DNA of 64,000 bases from an uncultured delta proteobacterium (GCA_963817385.1 CAWFOM010000009.1:13022-77021), one strand, 5' to 3'; shown: positions 51,432 to 62,694, numbered from the stretch's first letter. The notes: generated by a model from the sequence alone, not told the origin. Numbers and translations: made by a program.

Positions 51432-52079
51432 ATGTCTGTTAAACCCGGGATTTCGGTCTCAATCAATCTTGATCCGTCATCAGCAAGCAGGAATTCACTG
51501 AAGGCCATCATCTACGATGTCAGGGGAAAGCGTCTTGTTCTCTCCCAGACCTCACCGCCCCTTCTCCCCCCTCCTCCCAAGGGCCCCGTGGATATTTCCT
51601 ATATCACCGGAAAGGGGAACTCGGCGCGACGTTTCGGCTTTTCGGCCCTGATTTCGGGATTTGGCGATGATTATGAGCTCTCTTCAGGGATGCGCGTGCC
51701 GACGATCATCGTGGAGATGAACCATGACTCGGAAGAGACAAGCCTCAGGAAGGGCTTCCGCATCCGAACGCCGAGCAGCAGCGGTCTTGCGTTGACGATT
51801 CAGGCACGCGGTTACCCGATTTTCGATATATCCCTGATGGGGGTAAATTTTATTCAGCCCGCCTTGCAGCCGCCTTTTAAGCCATCCGCCGTATTGGAAT
51901 GCCGGTTGAATATCGACGGGCGGAATTACCTGCTCAAGGCACGAGTCACCCGGATCATGGAAACTGCCGCGGTCAGGCACATTGCGGCAGTTTTTGTTAA
52001 TCCGGGGAAGGATCTTCAGTCTGTCCTGAGCAGAAAAATCCTCCAGTTGGAGAGGGAAGGCCTGAACCATCGCCGCTGA
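51432..52079 (+). CDS. PilZ-domain protein (YcgR-like)
   Basis: RKGFR and DISLMG c-di-GMP-binding motifs. Confidence 0.8.
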   Translation: MSVKPGISVSINLDPSSASRNSLKAIIYDVRGKRLVLSQTSPPLLPPPPKGPVDISYITGKGNSARRFGFSALISGFGDDYELSSGMRVPTIIVEMNHDSEETSLRKGFRIRTPSSSGLALTIQARGYPIFDISLMGVNFIQPALQPPFKPSAVLECRLNIDGRNYLLKARVTRIMETAAVRHIAAVFVNPGKDLQSVLSRKILQLEREGLNHRR

Positions 52080-52567
52080 TCAGAAAAATCCCCGAGATCA
52101 AAACTGCAATGATATCCTAAGAACGGTTCTTTTTGACTTCCCAAAGCGCATGAACTTATAGTTCAGCCACATCCGAGGGGACCTTATTGAGGAGTGAGTT
52201 CTAGAGGAAACATCATGGGATCATGCCCTTCATGTTTGACGAGCCCAGTTTACTCTGATAAACTTGCTTCATGTCCCACTCTTTACCCAGAGAATATCAG
52301 GATTGTTCAGCGCCGGCCTGATCATGGTCCTCATCCGTGCCAGGGACGATATCCTAAAGCACTTGATAGGTTTTCCCTCCTGATAACCGTGCAGTTGATC
52401 CTTGTTGCCTTTTACCGTAAGTTCGGCTAATCTCTCAAAGAAATTCACAATAAAGGGCTCTCGGGAGGCACCTTCCCGAAAGTGAACGGGGTGTGAAAAA
52501 TCAGTTGGGGTATGGGCAGGATGGTTTCAGTACCGGTCGGGCACAATAACGAAACAAGGAGGAGCAT

Positions 52568-53074
52568 ATGATCCCACAAATCAAGAAAATACTCTATACC
52601 ACCGATCTCAGTAAGAACTCCGCTTACGCTTTCTTCTATGCAGTAGAGATGGCCAAAAAATATGACGCCACCATTCTTATCGTGCACGTCGTCGAGCCCA
52701 TTCCTCATGTCTATACGGAAGGAGGCACTGGCCTGCTGAGGAGAATCGAAAAACAGCAGCAGGAGACGGACACTGCAGACATTAAAAAACGGGTTCAGGA
52801 ATTTTGCACGAAAGTAGAGAACCAAGTCGGCTTCGCCTGCACTGCACTGGTATCCAAAATCCTCGTTCCTCTGGGCTACCCGGTGGAAGAGATTTTGAAG
52901 GCAGCGGATGACGAAGGGTGCGATGCGATCATCCTGGGAACTCATGGAAAAGGGTTTTTGCGGCAGACCTTTCTGGGGAGTGTGTCCGTTTCGGTCTTGG
53001 AACGGACCCGGAAACCGGTCTTCATTATACCGTTGCCCTCCGAAAAAACAAAGATCGATTGGGATAAGATTTGA
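52568..53074 (+). CDS. Universal stress protein
   Basis: IKKILYTTDLS, G.P.EEIL and ILGTHGKG....FLGSV motifs. Confidence 0.93.
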   Translation: MIPQIKKILYTTDLSKNSAYAFFYAVEMAKKYDATILIVHVVEPIPHVYTEGGTGLLRRIEKQQQETDTADIKKRVQEFCTKVENQVGFACTALVSKILVPLGYPVEEILKAADDEGCDAIILGTHGKGFLRQTFLGSVSVSVLERTRKPVFIIPLPSEKTKIDWDKI

Positions 53075-53241
53075 CGCTGAAGCCATTGTGCGATACGATG
53101 CCATTGATCGCGCCGCTGCCGGAAAATACCTGGTCCGCGCCGCACAGCGCCCGCAAGGCACGAAAGCGGCGATCCGACACGCAACGGCGAGAAGCGGCCG
53201 TACCCGTATAATCCATCCAACAGACCAGGAGTGAGGACGAC

Positions 53242-53367
53242 GTGCGCCAAAAAACACCGGGGGTGATCGGTCTGGATTCGATGGGCTACGGCGCCGTCAT
53301 CAAGTTCTCCTCGGCTCTTACCGACATCGCGCTGCCTGCCACTACCGCAGAAAAGGAGGCCGAGTGA
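53242..53367 (+). pseudogene. ltnD: Internally deleted L-threonate dehydrogenase-like (HIBADH family) remnant, 41 aa
   Basis: MRQKTPGVIGLDSMGYG (N-terminal Rossmann motif) is joined in frame to AVIKFSSALTDIALP (family C-terminus). The stop overlaps the otnK GTG. Confidence 0.7.
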
Positions 53368-54620
53368 TCCTGGGCGTCATTGCCGATGACTTCACCGGCG
53401 CTACCGACGTGGCCAGCATGCTGGTTCGGGCAGGCCTGCGCACGGTGCAGGTGATCGGCGTACCCCGGGGTCCGGCGCCCGAAGCGGACGCGTTGGTGGT
53501 GGCGCTGAAGTCACGCACTACGCCGGCGAGCGATGCCGTGCGTGAGTCGCTTGCCGCACTCGACTGGCTCCGCAGAGCCGGCGCCCGCCGGTTTTACTTC
53601 AAGTATTGCTCGACCTTCGACTCGACGCCGCTCGGCAATATCGGTCCGGTGGCCGAGGCGCTCATGGAGGCTCTGGGCAGCGACTTCTCCATCGCCTGCC
53701 CTGCGTTTCCGGAAAACGGCCGGACGGTGTTTCACGGCCACCTGTTCGTCGGCGACCAACTACTGTCGGACTCGGGCATGCGCGACCATCCTCTAACGCC
53801 GATGACCGATGCCAACCTCGTGCGCGTGCTGCAGGCGCAGTCGCGCGGCCGGGTCGGCCTCGTGCGCCGCGAGGACGTGAAGCGGGGACCCGAAGCCATC
53901 CGGGCTTGCTTTGCGCAACTGCGCACCGACGGCGTGAGACTCGCCGTCGTCGATGCGATCGCCGATGACGACCTGATCGCGATCGGCGCGGCCTGCGCAG
54001 ACATGCCGCTGATTACCGCCGGTTCGGGCGTGGCGCTCGGCCTCCCTCCGGTCTACGCCCAACGCGGCTGGGTGCAGCCGGACGCTCAGGCGGCTCAACT
54101 GCCCGCCGTGGGCGGAGCGGCAGCGGTGCTGTCGGGTTCCTGCTCGATGGCCACCAACGCCCAGGTGCGGCACTGGCTCACCGGCGGCCGCCCCGGCTTT
54201 CGCATCGACCCGCGGCGGCTGGCCGCAGGCGAGCCTTCGGCCGAGCAGGCGCTGGCCTGGGCGCTCCCGCAACTCGCCGAGCGGGCGGTGCTGATCTACG
54301 CAACCGCTGAGCCCGATGAACTGCACGTCATCCAGGCGGAACTGGGAGCCGAGCGCGCCGGATATCTCGTGGAAGAGTGCATGGCGGGGATCGCACAGGG
54401 GCTGGTCGAAGCCGGCGTGCGGCGATTGGTGGCGGCCGGCGGCGAGACCTCCGGCGCAGTGGTGCAGGCGCTCGGCGTGAGCCAGCTGCGCATCGGCGCC
54501 GCCATCGATCCCGGTGTGCCATGGACGCAGGCGGAAGGCCGATCTCTGTTGATGGCCCTGAAGTCGGGCAACTTCGGCAGCATCGATTTTTTCAGCAAGG
54601 CATTGGCGCAGGTGCGGTAA
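53364..54620 (+). CDS. otnK: 3-oxo-tetronate kinase
   Basis: LGVIADDFTGATD, ALKSRT, KYCSTFDST..GNIGP, HPLTPMTD, AGGETSG and LKSGNFG motifs. Confidence 0.9.
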   Translation: MILGVIADDFTGATDVASMLVRAGLRTVQVIGVPRGPAPEADALVVALKSRTTPASDAVRESLAALDWLRRAGARRFYFKYCSTFDSTPLGNIGPVAEALMEALGSDFSIACPAFPENGRTVFHGHLFVGDQLLSDSGMRDHPLTPMTDANLVRVLQAQSRGRVGLVRREDVKRGPEAIRACFAQLRTDGVRLAVVDAIADDDLIAIGAACADMPLITAGSGVALGLPPVYAQRGWVQPDAQAAQLPAVGGAAAVLSGSCSMATNAQVRHWLTGGRPGFRIDPRRLAAGEPSAEQALAWALPQLAERAVLIYATAEPDELHVIQAELGAERAGYLVEECMAGIAQGLVEAGVRRLVAAGGETSGAVVQALGVSQLRIGAAIDPGVPWTQAEGRSLLMALKSGNFGSIDFFSKALAQVR

Positions 54621-54772
54621 ACGGATGGCCCGCAACACATCCCTGCGGGCAGCAATATCCGGTGTCAACCGGAGGTTAATATTTTTCTCCATCCATCTAT
54701 GATCGGCAGCAAGAGTAGGAACAGCCATCTTTTCAGCCCCCCGAGGGGAAAACCATGGGAGGTAATGCAACC

Positions 54773-55147
54773 ATGCCCACGCCCATCAGAATAACCGCCG
54801 GAATGATCACGGTCATGGCGGAGTTGAGCGATACGCCCCTGGCCAAGACGGTCGCCGCAAAACTCCCCATCGAGACGGAACCCAACGAATGGGGCGATGA
54901 GTTCTACTTCGGGATCCCCGTCCGGTCGGGTCTCGACGAGACAGCCACCAAGAGGGTCAAGGTCGGCGACATCGGCTTCTGGCCGCCGGGAAACGCGATG
55001 GCCATCTTCTTCGGTCCGACGCCGATGAGCAGCGGCGACGATCCCGTCCCGGCGAGCGAGGTCTGCCTGCTCGGCCGGATCACCGGCGACGCGATCCTCC
55101 TGAAAAAGGCGAGCGGCGCCCGGAAGATCCGTATCGAAAAAGCGTAA
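54773..55147 (+). CDS. Cyclophilin-like fold protein
   Basis: WGDEFYF.IP and GDIGFWPPG..AIFFGPTP motifs. Confidence 0.85.
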   Translation: MPTPIRITAGMITVMAELSDTPLAKTVAAKLPIETEPNEWGDEFYFGIPVRSGLDETATKRVKVGDIGFWPPGNAMAIFFGPTPMSSGDDPVPASEVCLLGRITGDAILLKKASGARKIRIEKA

Positions 55148-55224
55148 TCGAAGAGGATTCGCTCCGATAATTCGCGCCGCCGGGAGTCCACTGCTGCACC
55201 CGACGCCAAACGTTTCGGATACCG

Positions 55225-56397
55225 CTACGGCGAGAGTGAGTGGGGAAGGCAATCGGCCTTCTCCGCACAGCCCTGCCGCGGCGCACCCTCCAGGGCTGCA
55301 AGGATCTCCTCCCGGACCGGGGCGCTGCTGCCGGGAAGAAACGCATCCAGCGCTGCCTTCGCCGCAGGGTTCCCGATCCGGCCGAGCGCCCAGGCGATCA
55401 TCGCCGCTGTCCGATCATCGTCGTTTTCCCGAAAGGCCCTCACCAGATCGGGGACATATGCCTCATCCCGGGTGTTTCCCATCGCCCGGGCCACATTCGC
55501 CTTCCAGCGCCAGAGGTCGGCGTCGGACATGTAGAACATGTGCGGCCAGATATGCTCGGTAAAATAGGCCTTGTCCATATGGAGAAGCCGCTCCAGGCGA
55601 AACGCATCGACCATCCCCGCCGTCTTTTGATTCATCGCAAGCTCGCGGGCAAGCCAGGGGGCATTCCGGGGGCAGACGTTCTGGCACCGATCACACCCGT
55701 ATACGCAGAGCCCCATCGGCTCCCTGAGTTCCCGCGGGGTCAGCGCGTCTCCGAAATAGGTGAGGTAGGAGATGCACCGGCGTGGATCGATCCGCCGCGG
55801 CCCCTGCAGCGCTCCCGTGGGACAGGCGGCAATGCAGGCGTTGCGGCACCAGTCGGGGCAGCCGACCGAGAGGGTGGGTTCATCCGGCGTAAAGGCCTGA
55901 TCGACGACCAGGGCGATGGGGGTGACCCACGACCCGCCGGCGGCCGCCTTCCGGGAATAGAAGAGGCAGTTCTTGCCGAATGTTCCCAGGCCCGCCCGCG
56001 CCGCCGCCAGACGGTGGGGCAGATGGAAAGGTACCTTGGAATCGACCCCGCCGTCCCGAAGAAAAGAGCGGAAGGCCTTGACCCTCTTCCCCAGGCGGTT
56101 CCCGATCATCCGGTCGTCATCGAGATAGCAGCGGCCGAAATGGCGCTCCAGCGACGGGGGGAAGGCCTCCCGGAAATAGGCCTCCACCAGGACAATGATC
56201 GACTTCGCTCCGGGGAGGACGGTCTGCGGATCCGTCCCGGCGATCAGGTCGAGACCCGAGCGAATCGCCCAGCCGTACTCCTCCCGCCGCTGTTCGAGGA
56301 GCTCCCGTTGGGATGCGAAGGGCTCCGCCGTGGCGACACCCGCATCCTCGAAACCGCAATCATAAGCTTTTTTGATTATCTCTTCTTTACTCAGCAT
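55225..56397 (-). CDS. queG: Epoxyqueuosine reductase (QueG)-like Fe-S protein with HEAT-like tail
   Basis: AGLG.FGKN, C...C..ACPTGAL, CISYLT, YGCDRCQNVCP, A.AMGN and WALGRI motifs. Confidence 0.72.
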   Translation of the reverse strand: MLSKEEIIKKAYDCGFEDAGVATAEPFASQRELLEQRREEYGWAIRSGLDLIAGTDPQTVLPGAKSIIVLVEAYFREAFPPSLERHFGRCYLDDDRMIGNRLGKRVKAFRSFLRDGGVDSKVPFHLPHRLAAARAGLGTFGKNCLFYSRKAAAGGSWVTPIALVVDQAFTPDEPTLSVGCPDWCRNACIAACPTGALQGPRRIDPRRCISYLTYFGDALTPRELREPMGLCVYGCDRCQNVCPRNAPWLARELAMNQKTAGMVDAFRLERLLHMDKAYFTEHIWPHMFYMSDADLWRWKANVARAMGNTRDEAYVPDLVRAFRENDDDRTAAMIAWALGRIGNPAAKAALDAFLPGSSAPVREEILAALEGAPRQGCAEKADCLPHSLSP

Positions 56398-56449
56398 CCG
56401 TCCCCTCCCTCTTTTGTCATCAGACATCCTCTGAACTACTACGCCCTGC

Positions 56450-57193
56450 CTATACTTCCACCCAGGACGGAACCTCCTTCCAGCCTTCGCGCATCCGTTT
56501 ATTTATCGCCTTGTATGCCGGTTCAAAACCGCCGAGCATCGCCCAAAACCGGGGGGAATGGTTCATCAGGACCGTATGACACAATTCGTGCATGAGGACG
56601 CAGCGGACGGCATCGCGATCGAGGAAGAGCAGTTTGAAACTGAGGCTGATCGTTCCCCGGGACGAGCAGCTCGCCCAGCGCGTCTTCTGCCCCCGGATCA
56701 CTACTTCGCCGAACGTGAAGCCGTTCTTTTCGGCGAGACGGGCGAGCAGGGGGACCAGCTCCTCCCGTGTCCTGCGCTGCAGCCATAACTTCAGCACGCC
56801 CCGGCAGGCCTCACGGTCACGAACGGCGCCGTAGACGACGATCCGCCCCGGTTGATCAACGATCACCCCGACCATCCGCGTCTTCGCCGGCTGGTAGTCA
56901 ACCTCCCACGACTCCCCGAGGGCCGGAAGCTCGATCTTCTCCGGAAGCTCAGAGGCCGGCTCCCGGGCGCCGGCCACCGAAATATCCGCCAATCGCCTGC
57001 GGTGGGTCTCGATCCATCCTCTCTTTTGCTCCACGATCGCCGGAATCCTGCGGAGGTTGAAATTCAGGGGCACAACCACCGTAAGGCCGTCCTTCGCGGA
57101 GAGGTGCAGACGCACATTTCTCGCCCGTGCGGATGTTCGTATCCGGTAATCGACGCCCTTCCCCTGATTCGATGCGGCGCAGCTAGTTACCAC
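56450..57193 (-). CDS. YgjP/DUF45 (SprT-like) zinc metallohydrolase
   Basis: QKTRWASCS and HELCH...NHS..FW motifs. Confidence 0.88.
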   Translation of the reverse strand: MVTSCAASNQGKGVDYRIRTSARARNVRLHLSAKDGLTVVVPLNFNLRRIPAIVEQKRGWIETHRRRLADISVAGAREPASELPEKIELPALGESWEVDYQPAKTRMVGVIVDQPGRIVVYGAVRDREACRGVLKLWLQRRTREELVPLLARLAEKNGFTFGEVVIRGQKTRWASCSSRGTISLSFKLLFLDRDAVRCVLMHELCHTVLMNHSPRFWAMLGGFEPAYKAINKRMREGWKEVPSWVEV

Positions 57194-57277
57194 TTGAGCA
57201 CCATCTTTCGAGCCTCACCCCCGCAGCCTGCCGATTCGGGAAAAACCGGGGAGCAGGGCCTGATTCTTGGTTATCGT

Positions 57278-57303
57278 TTGACAGACAACATATCTTATGT
57301 CAA
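57278..57303. promoter_or_regulatory. Inverted repeat TTGACA-N14-TGTCAA between divergent genes
   Basis: ttgacagacaacatatcttatgtcaa. Confidence 0.35.
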
Positions 57304-57419
57304 GGTCTTGCGCAATCGGTAAACGGGAAGCGATAGTGATGGGAGACGGCCGTTCGGCGGTCTCCGCAGAGACCCTGACAAGTGTACCCTTGGTGATCAA
57401 TTCGTGGAGGTGCATCTTT

Positions 57420-58205
57420 TTGAAAGCTTCGGATATCTGTCGGAGATTGCGGATGCTTGGCGATAGAGAAAAAGCACGGGTACTGCAACGGTTCTTCAAA
57501 ACAGCCCCCGGTGAATACGGTGCAGGAGATCTATTTGTCGGTCTCCGTGTTCCCGAGATAAGGAAATTAGCCAAAGACTACCGGGCGCTCCCTTTTGCAG
57601 AGCTAATCCAATTACTCCACTCCCCCCTCCATGAAGCAAGAATGCTGGCGCTTGTTATTTTAGTTCGCACCTACGCAGACGGAGATGATCCTCTTCAAGA
57701 GCGAATTTACCATCTGTACCTTCAGAATACTCGGTTTATCAATAACTGGGACCTCGTCGATGCCTCGGCTGCACCCATTGTCGGCGCCTATTTGCAATAT
57801 CGCAGCAGATCCCCCCTCCATGTGTTGGCAGTATCACCCCTGCTCTGGGAAAGAAGAATTTCCATCATGGCGACATTTCACTACATAAAATGCGGAGAAT
57901 TTGCCGAGACATTGCATATCGCACAGCTTTTGCTCAGGGATCCGGAAGATCTCATCCATAAAGCCGTTGGTTGGATGCTTCGGGAGATAGGTAAGCGTGA
58001 TCACCTTACCGAAGAAGCGTTTCTCAAATCCCACTACAAAACCATGCCGCGGACTATGCTCCGGTATGCGATAGAGAAATTTCCCGAGAAGTTGAGGCAG
58101 CGGTATTTGCATGGAGAAATCCCGAAATTGAAACAGGCATTACCGCAGTGGCCTCACAAGTACACGCACGCATGGGGGCACGGGCTTTGTCCGCGCCGCC
58201 GATGA
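57420..58205 (+). CDS. DNA alkylation repair protein (AlkD family)
   Basis: FFKT.PGEYG.GD.F.G..VP, NNWDLVD, WERR and HKAVGWMLRE motifs; GGAGG RBS before a TTG start. Confidence 0.9.
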   Translation: MKASDICRRLRMLGDREKARVLQRFFKTAPGEYGAGDLFVGLRVPEIRKLAKDYRALPFAELIQLLHSPLHEARMLALVILVRTYADGDDPLQERIYHLYLQNTRFINNWDLVDASAAPIVGAYLQYRSRSPLHVLAVSPLLWERRISIMATFHYIKCGEFAETLHIAQLLLRDPEDLIHKAVGWMLREIGKRDHLTEEAFLKSHYKTMPRTMLRYAIEKFPEKLRQRYLHGEIPKLKQALPQWPHKYTHAWGHGLCPRRR

Positions 58206-58256
58206 CAGGCGGTTGGGCGGCCTGAGAAAAGCTATCATGATCTGTCATCTCGACGT

Positions 58257-58823
58257 ATGCTGAATCCACCGCGGCCAAGCCGGACGGAGTTACTCGCTGC
58301 AGCCGGCAAGACTGTTCGCGACGTGATTGCGCCCGGATTGCAGGTGCTGTTCTGCGGCATCAATCCGGGATTGTATTCCGGCGCGACCGGCCACCATTTC
58401 GCTCGTCCCGGGAATCGCTTTTGGCCCACGTTATATCACGCGGGCTTCACCCGGCGTCTGCTCACACCGGCCGAAGAGCAAGAACTTTTGCATTACGGCT
58501 GCGGCATTACCAACTTGGTCGCGCGGGCGACGGCCAGAGCAGAGGAGTTAGGCCCGGAAGAATTGATTGCCGGGAGGCGACGGCTGTCCGCCAAAGTCAA
58601 CCGCTATCAGCCGAACGTATTGGCAGTGCTGGGTATCAACGCCTATCGAACCGCCTTTGCCCGCCCCAAGGCAACCCTGGGACAGCAACCTGAATTCTTC
58701 GCCGGGGCGATCGTGTGGGTGCTGCCCAATCCAAGCGGCTTAAATGCGCACTATCAACTGATTGCGTTGATTTCTGTCTTTCGCACGTTGCGCCAGTCCT
58801 TGCAGCGCGACGAGAGCCCTTAG
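58257..58823 (+). CDS. mug: G/U mismatch-specific DNA glycosylase
   Basis: CGINPG, HHFARPGNRFW, GITN and LPNPSGLN motifs. Confidence 0.93.
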   Translation: MLNPPRPSRTELLAAAGKTVRDVIAPGLQVLFCGINPGLYSGATGHHFARPGNRFWPTLYHAGFTRRLLTPAEEQELLHYGCGITNLVARATARAEELGPEELIAGRRRLSAKVNRYQPNVLAVLGINAYRTAFARPKATLGQQPEFFAGAIVWVLPNPSGLNAHYQLIALISVFRTLRQSLQRDESP

Positions 58824-58832
58824 CAATACTAC

Positions 58833-61646
58833 TCACCTTGGCAGGATCCTGCGGAGAAACTGGCCGGTATAGGAGCCCTCGACCCGGGCGACCTCTTCGG
58901 GCGTCCCGGAGGCGATGATCCGGCCGCCGCCCGGCCCTCCTTCGGGCCCCAGGTCGATGAGGTAGTCGGCGGACTTGATCACGTCGAGGTTGTGCTCGAT
59001 GACGACGATGGTGTTCCCCATCCCGACGAGGCGCATCAGGACGTCGAGGAGCTTCTGGATGTCGGCGAAGTGAAGGCCGATCGTCGGCTCGTCGAGGACG
59101 TAGAGCGTGTTGCTGTTCGTCCGCTTCCCCAGCTCCCGGGAGAGCTTGATCCGCTGCGCCTCGCCCCCCGAGAGAGTCGTCGCCGACTGGCCGAGGCGGA
59201 TGTAGCCCAGGCCGACGTCATGCAGAAGCTGGAGCTTCCCGCGAATCGGCGGGATGTTCTCGAAGAAGACGAGGGCCTGCTCCACGGTCATATCGAGAAC
59301 CTCCGCGATGTTTTTGTCCTTATAGCGCACCTCGAGGGTGTCCCGGTTGAACCGGTGGCCGTGGCAGACGTCGCAGGTGACGTAGACATCCGGAAGGAAG
59401 TGCATCTCGATCTTGATCAGGCCGTTCCCCTCGCACGCCTCGCAGCGCCCCCCCTTCACGTTGAAGCTGAACCGGCCCGGCTTGTAACCTCGAAGCCTTG
59501 ATTCGGGGAGTCCCGTGAAAAGGTCCCGGATATGGGAAAAAACGCCGGTGTAGGTGACGGGATTCGAGCGGGGCGTCCGCCCGATGGGCTGCTGGTTCAT
59601 CAGAATGATCCGCTCGATGCCGCCCAGATCGCCGATACGGCGGATTTTTCCGCCGCCCCCCTTCTCCTGGTTGAGCCGCCGGGAGAGCGCCTTGTAGAGA
59701 GTCTCGATCACCATCGTGCTCTTCCCCGAACCGGAGACCCCGGTCACCGCGGTGAAGACCCCGACAGGAATCCGGATGTCGATCTCCCGGAGGTTGTGCT
59801 CGTGCGCCCCCTCCAGGACGATGAACCGCCCCGAAACCTGCCGCCGCTTTTCGGGGACGGCGATGGCCTTTCGGCCCGAGAGGTAGGCCCCCGTGAGCGA
59901 GACGTCGCTTGCGCAGATCTCCGCCGGCGTCCCCTGGAAGACGACCTCGCCCCCGTGCACCCCGGCCCCCGGCCCGATGTCGATGATCTGGTCCGACTCC
60001 ATCATCATGTCCTGGTCGTGCTCCACGACGAGGACGGTGTTTCCCATATCCCGCAGGCGCTTAAGGGTGGCGATGAGGCGGACGTTGTCCCGCTGGTGGA
60101 GGCCGACGGTCGGCTCGTCGAGGACATACAGGACGCCGACCAGCCCCGAGCCGATCTGGGTCGCGAGCCTGATCCGCTGGCCCTCTCCGCCGGAGAGGCT
60201 CCCCGACGACCGTTCGAGGCTCAGGTAGTCCATGCCGACGTCGAGGAGGAAGCGGAGGCGCTGACGGATCTCCTTCATCACCCGCTCCGTCACCTGCATC
60301 TCCTGCGGGGTAAGGGGGATCGCCATGATAAAGGCGAGGCACTCCCGGATCGGCATCCGGCAGACCTCGTAGATATTCTTCCCCCCGACGGTGATGGAGA
60401 GGCTCTCCTTCTTCAGCCGGGCGCCCTGGCAGGTCGGGCACTCCCGCAGGTTGATGTACCGTGAGAGGTCCATGCGGACATGCAGCGAGGTCGTCTCCTT
60501 GTACCGCCGGTCGAGCTGGTTCAGGACCCCCTCGAAGGACCGGGTATGGAAAAACCGCCGCCCGCCCCGGTCGGCGTAAAAACGGATCTTCTCATCGCCC
60601 GATCCGCGGAGGAGGACGTTCCGGATGGCCTCGGGGAGCTTTTCGAACGGCGTGTTGATGTCGAAGCCGTAATGTTCGGCCAGGGCATCGATCGTCTGGA
60701 AGTAGTGGAGCGAGTGGCGGCCCGACCAGGGGATGATCGCCCCCTCCCGGATGGAAAGCCCCCCGTCGGGGACGACGAGCTCCTCGTCGAAATACATCCG
60801 GGTGCCCAGCCCCCCGCAGTCCGGGCAGGCCCCGTAGGGACTGTTGAAGGAGAACATCCGGGGGGCGAGTTCCGTAATGCTGACGCCGCAGTCCGGGCAG
60901 GCGTAGAGCTCGCTGAAGAGAACCTCCTCTCCGCCGGTTACGGCGACGCGGACCAGGCCGTCGGAGAGCGCCGCGGCGGTCTCCAGGGAGTCGCGCAGTC
61001 GCTTGCGGATCCCCTCCTTGACGATCAGACGGTCGATCACCACGTCGATGTCATGTCGTCTGTTCTTGTCGAGGGTGATCTCCTCGGCGAGCTCCCGGAC
61101 CTCGCCGTCCACGCGGACGCGGACGTATCCCTCCTTCAGGAGTTTCCTGAGCTCCTTCTGGAACTCCCCTTTCTTCCCCCGGGCGACCGGGGCGAGGATC
61201 GATAGCCGCGAATTCTCTGGGTAGGCGAGGATCGTCTCCAGCATCGCATCGATCGACTGGGATTTGATCTCCTTCCCGCACTTGTGGCAGTGGGGAACCC
61301 CGATCCGGGCGAAGAGGAGACGGAGGTAGTCGTAGATCTCCGTCACCGTACCCACGGTGGAGCGGGGGTTGTGGGCGGCCGCCCGCTGCTCGATGGCGAT
61401 CGCCGGAGAGAGTCCCTCGATGGACTCCACGTCCGGCTTATCCATCTGCCCGATGAACTGCCGGGCGTAGGTGGACAGCGACTCCACATAGCGCCGCTGC
61501 CCCTCGGCGTAGATCGTGTCAAAGGCGAGGGACGACTTCCCCGAACCGGAGACGCCGGTGATAACGACCAGTCGGTCCCGCGGGATGTCAAGATTGATGT
61601 TCTTGAGGTTGTGCTGCGCTGCGCCCTTTATCTTGATCGTATTCAT
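58833..61646 (-). CDS. uvrA: Excinuclease ABC subunit A
   Basis: Two TGVSGSGKS motifs, [18 protein letters not shown], two LSGGE motifs and Zn fingers. Confidence 0.98.
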   Translation of the reverse strand: MNTIKIKGAAQHNLKNINLDIPRDRLVVITGVSGSGKSSLAFDTIYAEGQRRYVESLSTYARQFIGQMDKPDVESIEGLSPAIAIEQRAAAHNPRSTVGTVTEIYDYLRLLFARIGVPHCHKCGKEIKSQSIDAMLETILAYPENSRLSILAPVARGKKGEFQKELRKLLKEGYVRVRVDGEVRELAEEITLDKNRRHDIDVVIDRLIVKEGIRKRLRDSLETAAALSDGLVRVAVTGGEEVLFSELYACPDCGVSITELAPRMFSFNSPYGACPDCGGLGTRMYFDEELVVPDGGLSIREGAIIPWSGRHSLHYFQTIDALAEHYGFDINTPFEKLPEAIRNVLLRGSGDEKIRFYADRGGRRFFHTRSFEGVLNQLDRRYKETTSLHVRMDLSRYINLRECPTCQGARLKKESLSITVGGKNIYEVCRMPIRECLAFIMAIPLTPQEMQVTERVMKEIRQRLRFLLDVGMDYLSLERSSGSLSGGEGQRIRLATQIGSGLVGVLYVLDEPTVGLHQRDNVRLIATLKRLRDMGNTVLVVEHDQDMMMESDQIIDIGPGAGVHGGEVVFQGTPAEICASDVSLTGAYLSGRKAIAVPEKRRQVSGRFIVLEGAHEHNLREIDIRIPVGVFTAVTGVSGSGKSTMVIETLYKALSRRLNQEKGGGGKIRRIGDLGGIERIILMNQQPIGRTPRSNPVTYTGVFSHIRDLFTGLPESRLRGYKPGRFSFNVKGGRCEACEGNGLIKIEMHFLPDVYVTCDVCHGHRFNRDTLEVRYKDKNIAEVLDMTVEQALVFFENIPPIRGKLQLLHDVGLGYIRLGQSATTLSGGEAQRIKLSRELGKRTNSNTLYVLDEPTIGLHFADIQKLLDVLMRLVGMGNTIVVIEHNLDVIKSADYLIDLGPEGGPGGGRIIASGTPEEVARVEGSYTGQFLRRILPR

Positions 61647-62611
61647 CAGAGTTTGATCTCGATATGCGACCTCGTCCGGAGGGCGTCGAGCCACTCATCG
61701 AACTTCTTTTCCACCTTCTCCATATCGATCTTCTCCCGGATCTCCTCCCGGACGGATTCGATGGGCTTGACTCCCGCCCCCCGGCGGTCGATCACCTGGA
61801 TGATGTGGAAACCGACGGACGATTCGATAACAACGCTGATCTGACCCAGCGGCAGGCGGAAAGCGACTGCCTCCACCTCGGGGAGCATCATCCCCTTCTC
61901 GATGTAGCCGATGTCGCCGCCCGCAGCCGCGGCCGGTCCCTGGGAATATCGCGCGGAGATCAACTCGAACGGCTCACCATCCAGCAGACGTTTGTGGATC
62001 GCCCCGGCATCCGCCCGAAGTTTCTCCTTCGCATCGTCAGAGGCTTCCTTCGGCAGGACCAGGAGGATCTGTTTGATCCGGACTGCCTCCTTTCCCTCAT
62101 AATCCCCACGGTTCTTGCGGTAATACTCCCCGATCTCCTCGCTACTGACCGCCACCTTGGATTTGATCTCCTTCTGGACCAAACGGATCCGCACAAGCTG
62201 ATCCCTGACCCCTTTCCTGTAGACTTCCAGGGTGGTTCCCTCCCGAGCTATGGCCTGCCGGAAATCGTCCTGGGAGATGTTCCTCCTCCCCAATAGTTCG
62301 TTGATCGCCCCGGTTACTTCCTCATCCTTAACGACGATCCCGGCCTTCCGGGATTGCTGCTCCATGAGGAGATTATCAACCATCCGGTTCAGGAGGGTCA
62401 GTTTGGTTTCGGTCAGGGCCTTTTCCCGCTCCGCTCCCTTATAGGCCGCCTCCAGTTTGGCCTGATAGGGTTCAAAGGCGCTGTTCAATTCGGACAGCGT
62501 GATCACCTCATCGTTGACGATGGCCACAATCCTGTCCGCCACCCCGGCCTGCGCCGGCACGTATAGGAAAAGAAACGCCACTCCCGCCAGAACCGCTCGG
62601 AAAATCTTCAT
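61646..62611 (-). CDS. surA: SurA-family peptidyl-prolyl isomerase/chaperone
   Basis: Signal peptide, [17 protein letters not shown], parvulin motifs GGDIG and GFHII. Confidence 0.82.
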   Translation of the reverse strand: MKIFRAVLAGVAFLFLYVPAQAGVADRIVAIVNDEVITLSELNSAFEPYQAKLEAAYKGAEREKALTETKLTLLNRMVDNLLMEQQSRKAGIVVKDEEVTGAINELLGRRNISQDDFRQAIAREGTTLEVYRKGVRDQLVRIRLVQKEIKSKVAVSSEEIGEYYRKNRGDYEGKEAVRIKQILLVLPKEASDDAKEKLRADAGAIHKRLLDGEPFELISARYSQGPAAAAGGDIGYIEKGMMLPEVEAVAFRLPLGQISVVIESSVGFHIIQVIDRRGAGVKPIESVREEIREKIDMEKVEKKFDEWLDALRTRSHIEIKL

Positions 62612-62694
62612 TTTCTGCTCCTCAAAATCTTGATGTTCCCATAAAAAGTCGATACAACTTCCACACCACCAACCGGGTGTTGAAGAACAGCCCG

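Noticed and set aside
52080-52560. ncRNA or small gene in the long intergenic region; repeated GATATCCTAA
   Set aside because: No convincing ORF or RNA family; a 10-mer occurring twice is weak evidence.
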